Positions 9,953 through 19,528 are shown, numbered from the stretch's first letter. The stretch: 62,007 nt of DNA from a virus (IMGVR_UViG_3300042307_001090:1-62007), one strand, 5' to 3'. Made by a program: numbers and translations. Notes: a model not told the origin generated them from the letters alone.

Positions 9953-10284
9953 AACGCATCGCCACAACCATTGCCATCATCCCCGCCGTGCTGGCCTTTA
10001 CCGGCTGCGCTACCTCCGAAAAACTCGACCTGCCCAACATCACCGCCAAGGAGGTTTGGGTGAGCCATCAGAACCCGCTTTTCAACGTCAACCTGCAGGC
10101 CGATAACCTAGTTGACCACGGCGACCGCGTCACCGCCGACCGCATCACCTACGAGCGCGGTGGTCGCATCACCTCGACCACGATCCGCGTTGAGGGTTAT
10201 CGCCGCAACAAACAACCCGCCGAGGCCGCGCAGGCCGTTTCCGCTCCCGCGCAGATCGCCACGCCTCCCCCTTTTACCAAATGA
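9949..10284 (+). CDS. Small lipoprotein
   Basis: ATG at 9949 overlaps the upstream stop (ATGA). Signal MKRIATTIAIIPAVLAFTG-C. Confidence 0.65.
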   Translation: MKRIATTIAIIPAVLAFTGCATSEKLDLPNITAKEVWVSHQNPLFNVNLQADNLVDHGDRVTADRITYERGGRITSTTIRVEGYRRNKQPAEAAQAVSAPAQIATPPPFTK

Positions 10285-11084
10285 ATCCCATCCTTAATCT
10301 CAACGCCACCTTCACCGGGGCAGTCGTAACGACCTTCGCCAGCGCTGAGCCCCCGGGCTGGCGACTCCTCAACGGCAGCACCATCGGCAGCGCCAGCTCT
10401 GGCGCCACCTACGCAAACGCAGCGGCAAAGAACCTCTTCACGTTCCTCTGGACGAACCTGTCCAACACCGTTGCTCCGGTGAGTTCCGGCCGTGGTGCCT
10501 CGGCCGCCGCCGACTGGACGGCCAACAAAACCCTCACGCTGCCCGACGCACGCGGGCGCTCGATCATCGGCGTAGGCACCGGCCTCGCGGTTGAAACGGT
10601 CACCAGCCAGACCGCCGCATCAAACGCCATTCCCGTCGCGTCCAACATCGCCAAATGGAACACCGGCATGCAGGTCACCGTGTCCGGCGCCTCGGGCTTT
10701 AGCGGCCTGACCAACGGCACCTGGTTCATCTTTCGGCAGGACGCCACCAGCGTGAAGTTTGCGAGCACATTGGCGAACGCGCAGAACGCGGCCGTTGCGA
10801 CGATCACCGGCACCGGCTCTTGCGTTATCACTCACACCCTCGCGGCTCGCAAACTCGGGGAATTTGGCGGCGAGGAGAATCACGCGATGAGTGCGTCGGA
10901 AATGCTCGCGCATAACCACGGCATCCTGAGTGCCGGTAGCGATACCGTGACGGATACACATTATGTAACCGGCAACGGCGGGACCACAAACACCCGCACC
11001 GACCTAAATACCGCCACTGGCGGCAACGTGCCGATGAACAACATGCAGCCGTTCCTCGCGCTCAACTACGTCATCAAGCTCTAA
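10281..11084 (+). CDS. Phage tail collar domain protein
   Basis: PPGWRLLNG...LPDARGRSIIG, GGEENH, HNH and NNMQPFLALNYVIKL collar motifs. Confidence 0.85.
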   Translation: MNPILNLNATFTGAVVTTFASAEPPGWRLLNGSTIGSASSGATYANAAAKNLFTFLWTNLSNTVAPVSSGRGASAAADWTANKTLTLPDARGRSIIGVGTGLAVETVTSQTAASNAIPVASNIAKWNTGMQVTVSGASGFSGLTNGTWFIFRQDATSVKFASTLANAQNAAVATITGTGSCVITHTLAARKLGEFGGEENHAMSASEMLAHNHGILSAGSDTVTDTHYVTGNGGTTNTRTDLNTATGGNVPMNNMQPFLALNYVIKL

Positions 11085-11108
11085 CTCAGTCAAGGAAAGC
11101 GCGGCGCA

Positions 11109-11151
11109 GGAAAGACCCGCACAAGACCTGCGCCGCTGCCTGACTTAACCT
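11109..11151 (+). promoter_or_regulatory. Late promoter motif GGAAAGACCCGCACAAGAC-N18-TAACCT upstream of tail sheath
   Basis: Exact 19-mer found four times, always intergenic before structural operons. Here it sits in a perfect 10-bp inverted repeat (11101-11136). Confidence 0.75.
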
Positions 11152-11176
11152 AACCACAAACCAACCGGAATCCACT

Positions 11177-12682
11177 ATGCCCGAAACATTCCTACACGGC
11201 GTCGAAGTTGTCGAGATCACCGACGGTCCTCGCCCCATCCAAACTGTTCGCAGCTCCATCATCGGCATCGTGGGAACCGCCCCCGACGCTCAGGCTGGCG
11301 TCGCTGCCACCCTGACCCTCGGCACCAGCACGGCCTCGCTGGCATTTACCGCCGTCGCCGCAGACGCCACGGGCAACGATGTCTCCATTGCGATCATCAA
11401 GCCCGCGACGAATAACGCGACCCTTGCCGTGACCGTCACTGGTAAGGCGGTCACGATCTCGCTCGCCACCAACGGCAGCGCCGTCGCTACCTCGACAGCC
11501 GCGCAGGTCAAGACCGCCTACGACCTCGTCGCCGGCGCAGTTGCCCTTGCTACTGTTGCCACCTCGGGCGGCGGTGCTGGCACCGTTGCCACCTCGGTTG
11601 AGAAGTTCCTCACCGGTGGCCTTGATGCTGCGTTCCCGCTCAACACCCCGGTCCTCGTCACCCCCGGCGACGGCCAGGTGAACCGCCTCGGCGAATCCGG
11701 CACCCTGTACCGCGCCATCGACAATATCTGGAAGCAGGCCGGCGCCGTGCTCGTTGTCGTCCGCGTCGCGCAGGTCACCTCCGACACCAGCGCTGGCACC
11801 ATCTCCAACGTAGCCGGCGACTCTATCACCCGCACCGGTGTGTTTGCCTTGCTCAACGCCGAGTCCACCGTTGGTTTTGCGGCTCGCATCTTGATCGCCC
11901 CGGGCTTCACCCAGGAGACCGCGGTCCTCACCAACTACATTTCGGTCGCGAACTCGATCAAGGGATTCATTTTTGCCGACGGTCCGAACAGCACCGATGC
12001 CGCTGCGATCGCCTACGGTGGCGGCTTCGGCAGTCGCCGCGTCAAGCTCGTTGACCCGCGCGTGAAGGTGCTCCGTGGCACCGACATCGTGGTTGAGCCC
12101 GCTTCGTCCTTCTTTGCTGGCATTCAGGCGCAGATCGACAACACGCTCGGCTTCTGGTGGTCCGAGTCCAATAAGGAAATCCTCGGCATCGTCGGCCTTG
12201 CCCGCCCGATCGACTTCGTGCTCGGCGATTCCAACAGTCGCGCCAACCTGCTCAACGAACAGAACGTCGCGACCATCATCCGTTACGACGGGTATCGCAC
12301 CTGGGGCAATCGCACCCTGTCCTCGGATTCGAAGTGGGCCTTCGCCTCCGTGGTCCGCACCGCTGACATCCTCAACGAGTCGATCCTGCGCGCTCACATG
12401 TGGGCCGTGGATCGCAACATCACCAAGACCTACTTGGAGGATGTCACCGAGTCCGTGAACGCCTACATGCGCAGCCTGATCGCCCAGGGCGCGCTTATCG
12501 GCGAACAGGACGTTTCCAAGAAGGTCAACGTCTGCTACCCGGACCCCGACCTCAACAGCCCGGCGAACATTTCGGCCGGCAAGGTCTATTTCAATTTCGT
12601 GTTCACCACGCCTTACCCGGCCGAGCGGGTGACCTTCAGCAGCGAACTCAACACCAACGGCCTCGTCGACCTCCTCTCCTAA
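11177..12682 (+). CDS. Contractile tail sheath protein (P2 FI-like)
   Basis: FLHGVEVVE...IGIVGTAP start; ANLLNE, GYRTWGNRT, VRTADI motifs. Confidence 0.95.
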   Translation: MPETFLHGVEVVEITDGPRPIQTVRSSIIGIVGTAPDAQAGVAATLTLGTSTASLAFTAVAADATGNDVSIAIIKPATNNATLAVTVTGKAVTISLATNGSAVATSTAAQVKTAYDLVAGAVALATVATSGGGAGTVATSVEKFLTGGLDAAFPLNTPVLVTPGDGQVNRLGESGTLYRAIDNIWKQAGAVLVVVRVAQVTSDTSAGTISNVAGDSITRTGVFALLNAESTVGFAARILIAPGFTQETAVLTNYISVANSIKGFIFADGPNSTDAAAIAYGGGFGSRRVKLVDPRVKVLRGTDIVVEPASSFFAGIQAQIDNTLGFWWSESNKEILGIVGLARPIDFVLGDSNSRANLLNEQNVATIIRYDGYRTWGNRTLSSDSKWAFASVVRTADILNESILRAHMWAVDRNITKTYLEDVTESVNAYMRSLIAQGALIGEQDVSKKVNVCYPDPDLNSPANISAGKVYFNFVFTTPYPAERVTFSSELNTNGLVDLLS

Positions 12683-12694
12683 ATCTAAAGCACC

Positions 12695-13201
12695 ATGAGC
12701 GCCGCACGCGACATCCTCAAAAACTTCAATATCTTCGTCGATGGCCGGGGCTACGCCGGCAACATCGACAGCATCCAGCTCCCTGCGCTCAACGTGCAGG
12801 AAGAAGACTTCCGCGCCGGCGGCATGGACGCCTCGATCGGCCTGGACATGGGCATGGAAAAGCTGGAGCTTTCCTTTGTCCTCTCCAAGTACGACCGCGA
12901 CGCCCTCGCGCAGTGGGGCCTTGGCAATGCCGAGACCGCCGTCACTCTGCGCGGCGCCCTTGAGTCGCGCGACGGCACCGTCACCGCGGTTGTCGTCAAC
13001 GCCCGGGGTAACTTCAAGGGCGTCGAGTTCGGCGAGTGGGCCCCCGGCTCCAAGTCGTCCATCACGTTCAACGCCACGCTGACGTATTACAAGTACACCC
13101 AGGGCGGCACCGTGGTGCACGAGATCGACGTCATCAACATGATCCGCCGCATCGGTGGCGTTGATCGCCTCGCCGCTCAGCGCGCCGCCATCGGCCTGTA
13201 A
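12695..13201 (+). CDS. Tail tube protein (P2 FII-like)
   Basis: LKNFNIFVDG..YAG...FRAGGMD...DMGMEKL...EIDVINMIR..GGVD. Confidence 0.95.
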   Translation: MSAARDILKNFNIFVDGRGYAGNIDSIQLPALNVQEEDFRAGGMDASIGLDMGMEKLELSFVLSKYDRDALAQWGLGNAETAVTLRGALESRDGTVTAVVVNARGNFKGVEFGEWAPGSKSSITFNATLTYYKYTQGGTVVHEIDVINMIRRIGGVDRLAAQRAAIGL

Positions 13202-13249
13202 CGCGCAGGCATCGCCGCACTCGTCGTCACTACCTGCATATAAACCGAA

Positions 13250-13513
13250 ATGTCCTCGCTCACCACCATCAAACTCGATCACCCTGTAAAGGTCGCCGGC
13301 GTTGAAGTCGCTGAACTTCGTTTTCGCCGCGCGTCCGTGCGTGACATCAAGATCGCCCGGGCCGGCGGAAAAGCCGATGACTTCGATCTGGCCGTGACCC
13401 TTGCCGCCAACCTAGCCGAGATCACCCCCGACGATGTGCTCAACCTCGATGTCGCCGACTTCAAGAAGGTGGAGGTCCTGATCGCTGGTTTTTTGGGGTC
13501 GTCCAAGGACTGA
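13250..13513 (+). CDS. Tail assembly chaperone (P2 gpE / Mu gp41-like)
   Basis: Between tube and tape measure genes; LRFRR, LDVADF motifs. Confidence 0.85.
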   Translation: MSSLTTIKLDHPVKVAGVEVAELRFRRASVRDIKIARAGGKADDFDLAVTLAANLAEITPDDVLNLDVADFKKVEVLIAGFLGSSKD

Positions 13514-13662
13514 GCTTAGACGACCTGCGTCGGGCTGAGATTCAACTCGCGTCACACACCGGCTGGGGGTGGCGCGAGATTCAAGACATGGGGTTCGATG
13601 AGTTTCATGCGTACCTGAAAATCCTAGCCGAAGAAGTAAAGCCCTCTCACCATGGCCGATAA
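13487..13662 (+). other. Programmed -1 frameshift site (GGTTTTTTG) and gpE'-like extension
   Basis: T6G at 13489-13495. The -1 frame is open to TAA at 13662 and encodes LASHTGWGWREIQDM, resembling P2 gpE'. Confidence 0.8.
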
Positions 13663-15691
13663 AAAGTTCAGCGCAGTCATCTCAATCGGCGCCGAACTCG
13701 GCGCGAGTTTCCGCGCGACCTTTGGCGGGCTCGACTCGCGTATTAAGTCGGTGGGCGCTTCCCTGCGCGGGCTGAACGACCAGCAGAAGGGGATTACCGG
13801 CTACGCGAAGGCGCTTGAGGCGGTCAACAAAGCCCGCGTGGCCGTGGTGGATGCGGCCAAGACCGGCGATCGCACTCAGTACGACAAGGCCCGGGCCGCG
13901 CTGACAAAGCAGACCGTAGCGCTTGATAAGCACCGCGAGTTTATGCGCGCCGCCGGCATTGACACGTCCAACCTATCGGGGGAAATGGAGCGGCTGGGCC
14001 GCGAAGGCGCGCAGGCTACCGCTCGCCTCAGCGCGCTCGGCAAACTCAAGGGCGCGACGGCCGAGCTCGGCGCGTCATTCAGGAAGCTGCGTGAGGACGC
14101 CGCCGCCGCCGGCATTGCCGTTGCAGCGGTCGGATACTCGGCGTGGCGGGTTATCGCGGGCTTCGCGAACATGGCTGACGAGGCCAGCGAGACCGGCTCC
14201 GCTCTTGGCCTGACCGCTCAGGAATTGCTCGGGCTGCGCTACGCCGGCGAGCGCGTGGGCATCGAGGCGGGCAAGATGGACGCCGCCCTCAACAAGCTCA
14301 ACCAGCAGCTCGCCGACGCCCAGAACGGCAGCAAGGAAGCCTCGAAGTCTTTTGACGAGCTCGGCCTTGACGCCGAAATGCTCGCATCTATCCCGGCATC
14401 CGAGCGCATGAACTTGCTCGCAGACGCTTTCCGCAATGTGCGCGACCCGCTCGATCGCACGCGCCTTGCAACGGACCTGTTCGGCGCCAAGGCTTACAAA
14501 ATGGCGAATGTCCTAGGGCTCGGCGCCGAGGGCCTGCGCGAATTGCGCAAGGAGGCCAAGGACACCGGATACATTCCGAGCGAAGAACTGATAAAACGCG
14601 CGGAGCAATTCGACTCCTCGTTCGGCGCCTTTAAGGGCACGCTCATCGGTATTCGAAACGAGATCGGCGGCGCGCTCCTGCCCATCGTGAATCGTTTCCT
14701 GACCTTCGCGACCGAGCACTCCCTGTTGCTCAAGGCTGCGGTGGCTGGGTTCGCCTTGGTTATGGGCGGCGTCGCTGTCGTAGCGGTAGCCCGGCTAGGC
14801 CTCACGGCCGTCACCACCGTAAAGCAGGTCGGCGCCCTTATCACCGCGATGCGCACCCTCGGCGCGCTGGAAATGGTAGGCAGCGCTGGCGGGCTCGGCT
14901 CGCTGGTCGCCATGCTGAAGAACGCCGTGCCGTGGATCACCGGCCTGGCAGGCACATGGCTGCCCGCGCTGGCGACCTCAATCAAAGCAGTCGGCCTTGC
15001 ATTCGCGATCGCGTTCGGGGCTACGCCTATCGGCTGGATCGTCGCAATCGGCGCCGCTATCGTCGGGCTCGGCATCCTTATCTACAAGTCATGGCAGCCC
15101 ATCAAAACTTTTCTGGGCGGGATGTGGACCGGATTTACAGAGGGCTTACGCGAGGCTTTAGGCGGCATCATGACCGAGCTGCGCCCGATCGGCGAAGCGC
15201 TTGCAGTCGTATTCTCTCCGCTTCTTTGGGCGCTCGGCAAGCTGCGCGATGCTTTCACTTGGCTGATCTCTCCGTTTAAGCAGACTAATGAGCAAATGCA
15301 GGCGACGGCCGGAATCGGGCGCACGCTTGGCCGGGTACTCGCCGACACCGTGCTGGCCCCAATTAACCTCATTGCCGGCGCGCTGCGCATGGTCCGCGTA
15401 GGGCTCGCCGCCGTTGGCATTGGCAGCAAGCCGGCCGCCAGTGAAGGCGGTGGGGATTACGCTACCTCCGGCGCCGCGCTGCCTTCGCCGTCGACGCGAT
15501 TGCCTTCCGTGCCGGTCGCCGCGGCATCCCGCAATTCATCGTCGGCTACCACCAACAACAGCATTGTCGTCAACGCTGCGCCCGGGATGGACGAACGCGC
15601 ACTGGCCGACGAGGTCATGCGAAGGATCCGCACGCAGCGCGAGCAAGAGCAACGAGGTGCGCTTTACGACAACACCATGCCCGCTTACTAA
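13652..15691 (+). CDS. Tail tape measure protein
   Basis: 679 aa Ala/Gly-rich helical protein with PIGWIV/W-repeat region, in P2 gene order. Confidence 0.9.
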   Translation: MADKKFSAVISIGAELGASFRATFGGLDSRIKSVGASLRGLNDQQKGITGYAKALEAVNKARVAVVDAAKTGDRTQYDKARAALTKQTVALDKHREFMRAAGIDTSNLSGEMERLGREGAQATARLSALGKLKGATAELGASFRKLREDAAAAGIAVAAVGYSAWRVIAGFANMADEASETGSALGLTAQELLGLRYAGERVGIEAGKMDAALNKLNQQLADAQNGSKEASKSFDELGLDAEMLASIPASERMNLLADAFRNVRDPLDRTRLATDLFGAKAYKMANVLGLGAEGLRELRKEAKDTGYIPSEELIKRAEQFDSSFGAFKGTLIGIRNEIGGALLPIVNRFLTFATEHSLLLKAAVAGFALVMGGVAVVAVARLGLTAVTTVKQVGALITAMRTLGALEMVGSAGGLGSLVAMLKNAVPWITGLAGTWLPALATSIKAVGLAFAIAFGATPIGWIVAIGAAIVGLGILIYKSWQPIKTFLGGMWTGFTEGLREALGGIMTELRPIGEALAVVFSPLLWALGKLRDAFTWLISPFKQTNEQMQATAGIGRTLGRVLADTVLAPINLIAGALRMVRVGLAAVGIGSKPAASEGGGDYATSGAALPSPSTRLPSVPVAAASRNSSSATTNNSIVVNAAPGMDERALADEVMRRIRTQREQEQRGALYDNTMPAY

Positions 15692-15694
15692 GTT

Positions 15695-16087
15695 ATGGCC
15701 GAATCACCCGATGTCATGATGGTGCTCGGCACCTACGCTTTTGCACTTAGCTCTGCCGCTTATCAGGAGTTCACGCGCTCTTCCGCTTACACCTGGGCGG
15801 AACAGCCGCTCATTGGCGGGCGCCCGGCCTTGCAGTTCACTGGCATTGACGCCGAGACCGTTACGCTGCGCGGAACGATTTACCCGACGTTTCGCGGAGG
15901 GTTACGCCAGGTCGATGCAATGCGAGCCCTCGCTGGCCGCGGCGCTCCGCTTCGGCTTGTGAGCGGTCTCGGCTCCAATCTCGGCGCATGGGTGATCGAG
16001 AAAATCAGCGAGGGACACACTGTTTTTTTCTCCGATGGAACGCCGAGGAAGATTGATTTTGACCTCACGTTGAAACGCTACGCATAA
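15695..16087 (+). CDS. Tail protein (P2 gpU-like)
   Basis: MMVLGTYAF...AYQEFTR...W...PALQFTG...G.WVIE...PRKIDF.LTL. Confidence 0.9.
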   Translation: MAESPDVMMVLGTYAFALSSAAYQEFTRSSAYTWAEQPLIGGRPALQFTGIDAETVTLRGTIYPTFRGGLRQVDAMRALAGRGAPLRLVSGLGSNLGAWVIEKISEGHTVFFSDGTPRKIDFDLTLKRYA

Positions 16088-16095
16088 CCCTAACC

Positions 16096-16302
16096 ATGGC
16101 CGCAACCTACTTCACCAAGGACCGCGACACCGTGGACTCAATCTGCCACGCCTACTATGGGCGCACGTCCGGCGCGGTTGAGCAGGTACTGGAAGCCAAC
16201 GTTGGCCTGGCCGACTACGGGCCCGAGCTGCCGGCCGGCGTGCTGATTGCCCTGCCTGACATCGCCGAGCCGAGCACGCAGGTGGTGCGGCTGTTCGACT
16301 AA
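16096..16302 (+). CDS. Tail protein X (P2 gpX-like)
   Basis: DTVDSICHAYYG....VEQVLEANVGLA..GPELPAG..I.LP. Confidence 0.9.
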   Translation: MAATYFTKDRDTVDSICHAYYGRTSGAVEQVLEANVGLADYGPELPAGVLIALPDIAEPSTQVVRLFD

Positions 16303-16312
16303 TTTTTCAACC

Positions 16313-16546
16313 ATGAATGCTTATTTAGTCCTCAAGCAGCGCGAAGGCTCGGCATCGGTCGAGAGTCAAGGGATTTTTTCAACTCTGGAAAAGGCAAAGG
16401 CTGCGTGCAAAACCGCCGAGGATATTGTGATGACTCACGCCCTTGATCAGGAGCTTCCGCAAGATCGCGTCTTTTGTTGCGACTGCTATCACCCATTATC
16501 CGGAACAGTCATGCGCGCTGGCACGACTGAGTGGGTTCCCGCATGA
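16313..16546 (+). CDS. Hypothetical protein inserted between gpX and gpD
   Basis: 77 aa from ATG 16313; stop overlaps the gpD start (ATGA); more AT-rich than its neighbours. Confidence 0.55.
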   Translation: MNAYLVLKQREGSASVESQGIFSTLEKAKAACKTAEDIVMTHALDQELPQDRVFCCDCYHPLSGTVMRAGTTEWVPA

Positions 16547-17565
16547 CCCCCGCCTACCGCATCATCGCCGAGGGCAAGGACGTGACGGCCAATTTCAATG
16601 GCCGCCTGATTGACCTGGCCATTGTTGACGACTCTGGCAGTCGCGCGGCCGACACGCTTTCAATCGTGGTTGAGGATTCAGGCAGCATGATCGAGGTGCC
16701 AGCAAGCGGTGCCCAGCTCAGGGTTGCTATCGGCTACGCCGGCGCGTTGACCGAAATGGGCGTGTTCGTCGTCGATGAAGTCTCCATTGAAGGGCCGCCG
16801 GACCGGATCACTATTCGCGCGGCCGGCGCCCCGCTGATTAAGTCCGAGCTGTTTGCCCCCCTGCACACTCAGAAGTCGCGCTCATGGCCTACGCCCAGCA
16901 CGCTCGGCGTTCTTGTGGCCGTCATCGCCTACGAGTCGGGGCTGACTGCCGAGCTTTCCAACACCGTGAAGGAAATTCAGCTCCCGCACATCGACCAGAC
17001 CAACGAGTCGGACATCAACCTGCTGACGCGCATCGCCGCCGAGCGGGGCCTGATCGTAAAACCCACGTTCGGGAAAATCGTGGTGCTCTCCATTGACGAG
17101 GCGAAGACCGCGAAGGGCCGCGACATTCCGCGTTTTGCCATTGATAAATCCAGCGTGTCGACGTGGAGCTTCCGCAGTTCAAACCGCAGGCGCTTTCAGT
17201 CGGTGGTCACTTCGTGGCACAACCAGGCTACCGGCCAGCCCGTCGAAGTGGGCGTCGGTTCAGGCGATCCCGTTTATCGATCGACCGTGACTTATGCCAA
17301 CGCGCAGACCGCGCAGGCCGCCGCGTCCTCATTCCTGCGCAATTTCCGGCGCACAGGCACGGAGTTCACGCTGACGATGCCAGGGCAGCCGACATTCATT
17401 GCTGAGGGCCGCGCGACGCTAAGCGGATTCCGCAATGAGATGAATGACGGCGAGTGGAAATTTACCCGGGTTGAGCACCGAATCAGCCGACAGGGCTACA
17501 ACACGGTCGTGACCGGCACCGCGGTCAAAGAGGAGTTGCCGCAGCCTGCGCAGGCCGCCGGATAA
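16543..17565 (+). CDS. Baseplate hub / late control protein D (P2 gpD-like)
   Basis: MTPAYRI..EGKDVT...ADTLSI...HIDQTNESDINLLTR motifs. Confidence 0.9.
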   Translation: MTPAYRIIAEGKDVTANFNGRLIDLAIVDDSGSRAADTLSIVVEDSGSMIEVPASGAQLRVAIGYAGALTEMGVFVVDEVSIEGPPDRITIRAAGAPLIKSELFAPLHTQKSRSWPTPSTLGVLVAVIAYESGLTAELSNTVKEIQLPHIDQTNESDINLLTRIAAERGLIVKPTFGKIVVLSIDEAKTAKGRDIPRFAIDKSSVSTWSFRSSNRRRFQSVVTSWHNQATGQPVEVGVGSGDPVYRSTVTYANAQTAQAAASSFLRNFRRTGTEFTLTMPGQPTFIAEGRATLSGFRNEMNDGEWKFTRVEHRISRQGYNTVVTGTAVKEELPQPAQAAG

Positions 17566-17684
17566 GATGAACCACCGGGCCGTTGCTTTGCATCTGCGCT
17601 GCCTGCGAGTTCACCTCGGGCGCGCATGGTTTGCTGCGCGCGGGGCATGGCGGTCAATGTGGCAGCGTGCCGGTGAATAGGCGC

Positions 17685-17712
17685 AAAAAAGCCTCACTGA
17701 TTGAGGTGAGGC
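17685..17712 (-). terminator. Rho-independent terminator of the leftward operon
   Basis: Stem GCCTCAC/GTGAGGC (17691-17712) with A6 on its left, i.e. U6 on the minus strand, between convergent operons. Confidence 0.65.
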
Positions 17713-17865
17713 GCAGGGATTTTACAACTCGTCTGGGGTTTTAACCCCATAAAAAAAAGTCCACTGGCTTCCAGTTTAGCAGCTTAACGCATGGCCTAAC
17801 CGGAACCGCGCAAAGCTGACTTTTTTACGGTTACTCGGTGGTGTGGCCTGCCTATCTGGAAAATG

Positions 17866-17887
17866 TTCCGCCTACACAACGTTGGGC
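17866..17887 (+). other. attI-like integron recombination site
   Basis: CGCCTAC-ACAAC-GTTGGGC: degenerate L box, 5-bp spacer, GTTRRRY R box. No attC hairpin. Heads the attC array. Confidence 0.5.
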
Positions 17888-17926
17888 AATGGAATCGGAG
17901 CCGTATTGGGCCGTGTTACGGCTAGA

Positions 17927-18652
17927 TTAAAAAAGGGTTGTTTGTGCGGTTTCACGGGCGATGCGTTCTTGCGCGGCCGCGAAGTAGTCGGGATCAAGCT
18001 CGCAGGCCGTCAGGTGTGCGCCGAAATAGTGGCACGCGATTGCGTGCGAGCCGGAGCCGAGGTGCGTATCGAGGATGCGCTGGCCGGGCTTGGCGTAGTT
18101 TTCGAGAAGCCAGCGGTAGAGCTTCACCGGCTTCTGTGTCGGGTGTATCGTGCCCTCTAGCGTGAGTTCTACGCGGTTCATCGTTACCACGCGCAGGGCG
18201 CGGTCGAACGACGTGAAGGCAAGCTCGCCGTCACTGTTACAGATGCGCTGGCCCTTATCCCAAAATATCCACCCCATGCTTTTCGGCAAGTGGCCGGGGT
18301 AGTAGTTCGCGCCCCAGATGATTTGGTCTTTGCTCACGCGGTAGAGTTCGCAGAAGTAGTCAGCGCCGGGCGGCTTGGCGTCCCATCCTTTGTATTCATG
18401 CGCCTTCCTTGCGTAGCTCCTGCCCGGCCTGCACGTTTTTGATTCCGTCGCACCGTCGCGCCCGATGCAGTAGGGCGGATCGACGATAGCCAGATCGAAG
18501 TGCTTGTCGGGATAGCGGCGCATGAGAGCCATGCAGTCTTCGTTGGTCACGGACACAGAGCCCAACCAGGCGCTAGAGCCAACAGCCCTAGTCTCCACGT
18601 TGGCGACCGGCTCAGGGCTTTCGAGAGTCAGGTTTTCAGTTTCTTGTTTCAT
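17927..18652 (-). CDS. DNA N6-adenine/N4-cytosine methyltransferase (cassette 1)
   Basis: DLAIVDPPY, IIWGANY, HPTQKPVKLY, ILDTHLGSGS motifs (beta-type order). Confidence 0.92.
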   Translation of the reverse strand: MKQETENLTLESPEPVANVETRAVGSSAWLGSVSVTNEDCMALMRRYPDKHFDLAIVDPPYCIGRDGATESKTCRPGRSYARKAHEYKGWDAKPPGADYFCELYRVSKDQIIWGANYYPGHLPKSMGWIFWDKGQRICNSDGELAFTSFDRALRVVTMNRVELTLEGTIHPTQKPVKLYRWLLENYAKPGQRILDTHLGSGSHAIACHYFGAHLTACELDPDYFAAAQERIARETAQTTLF

Positions 18653-18691
18653 GTTATTTTGTCGGGCTGCGGCTCAGCTTGAACGTTAGCC
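18560..18691 (+). other. attC site 1 (132 bp)
   Basis: R'' GCCCAAC, 5 nt, L'' GCTAGAGC ... L' GCTCAGC, 6 nt, R' GTTAGCC. Extra base in L''; inner stem CAGCCC/GGGCTG. Confidence 0.85.
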
Positions 18692-19528
18692 AATGCAGAA
18701 ACCGGAAGGCGGCGTCACCGTGATTTGCATGTCGCCAAGCGGAAATTGCGTGACGCCGCGCAGGTGTTTCCGCACGTCCACGGGGTCGGCCTGCGTCTTC
18801 CTGCGGTGCGCCCGCACCCAATGGCAGATTGCCGCCCGTCGCCCTGATTCCGTCATCGGTGCGTCACGAAGCGCGCACAGCTCTTTGATTTTCTCCTCGG
18901 TTGAGTAGAGCGTGAAGGCGGAGGACTCACGAATAGTCACGCTCCAATTCACCTTCATGTCCTCGACTACGGAGGACATGAGCACGAGCGTTTGCGTCAT
19001 CTCTTTTTCTAGGGTGCGTTCGCGCCCCTGAATCACCGCGTTTTTATGTTGGGGCACCGGGCACGATAGCGCGATCTTTCGCGCCTTGTTCCATCCGAAT
19101 ACGTTCACTTGGATGTCTTCGCGGCCCGACTTATACACGGTGCGCTGGCACGAGTCCCAGAATACGTCACACCCTGGTCGGATGAAAGCGCGAGGGCGTG
19201 TCTTCCTCCGCCGCATCCCGTTCCATCGGTAGGCGATTTCACCGCTGCACGCTTGCAGCAGCTCGAACCGCTCGAACTGGTCGGAGGGGTCTGCCATTAA
19301 CATACTGGCGTCAGCACAGAACAGGCGCTCCTCGTTGAAGACATCCTGAAAGAATAAGGGGTTTTCAGGGAGGTATGGTTTTGCATCGTATTCAGTCCAT
19401 ACGAGATCCCACCCGCCGCCTCGCTTTTCGCGGTGCTCCCGTTGTTTGTCGGAGGGTTTGAAGTGAAGCATGGCCATGAGGACTTCATCGGCCACGTCAT
19501 CGACGGCATTTAGTATTTCGGTATTCAT
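18686..19528 (-). CDS. Hypothetical phage protein with C-terminal HWVRAH...VRKHLRG motif (cassette 2)
   Basis: 280 aa ORF; its stop codon is supplied by the R' box of attC site 1. Confidence 0.7.
   Translation of the reverse strand: MNTEILNAVDDVADEVLMAMLHFKPSDKQREHREKRGGGWDLVWTEYDAKPYLPENPLFFQDVFNEERLFCADASMLMADPSDQFERFELLQACSGEIAYRWNGMRRRKTRPRAFIRPGCDVFWDSCQRTVYKSGREDIQVNVFGWNKARKIALSCPVPQHKNAVIQGRERTLEKEMTQTLVLMSSVVEDMKVNWSVTIRESSAFTLYSTEEKIKELCALRDAPMTESGRRAAICHWVRAHRRKTQADPVDVRKHLRGVTQFPLGDMQITVTPPSGFCIG

Noticed and set aside
11192-13282. 696-aa minus-strand ORF (also 52467-53462, 55515-56618 and 26041-27123)
   Set aside because: Antisense shadows of well-supported genes with strong codon bias; no recognisable motifs.
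17567-17680. 37-aa ORF after gpD (Ogr/Com-like position)
   Set aside because: Lacks the paired CxxC motifs of Ogr/Com; no other support.
17794-17887. A fourth attC (GCCTAAC at 17794 paired with GTTGGGC at 17881)
   Set aside because: No complementary L''/L' boxes or inner stem; treated as an attI-like simple site instead.
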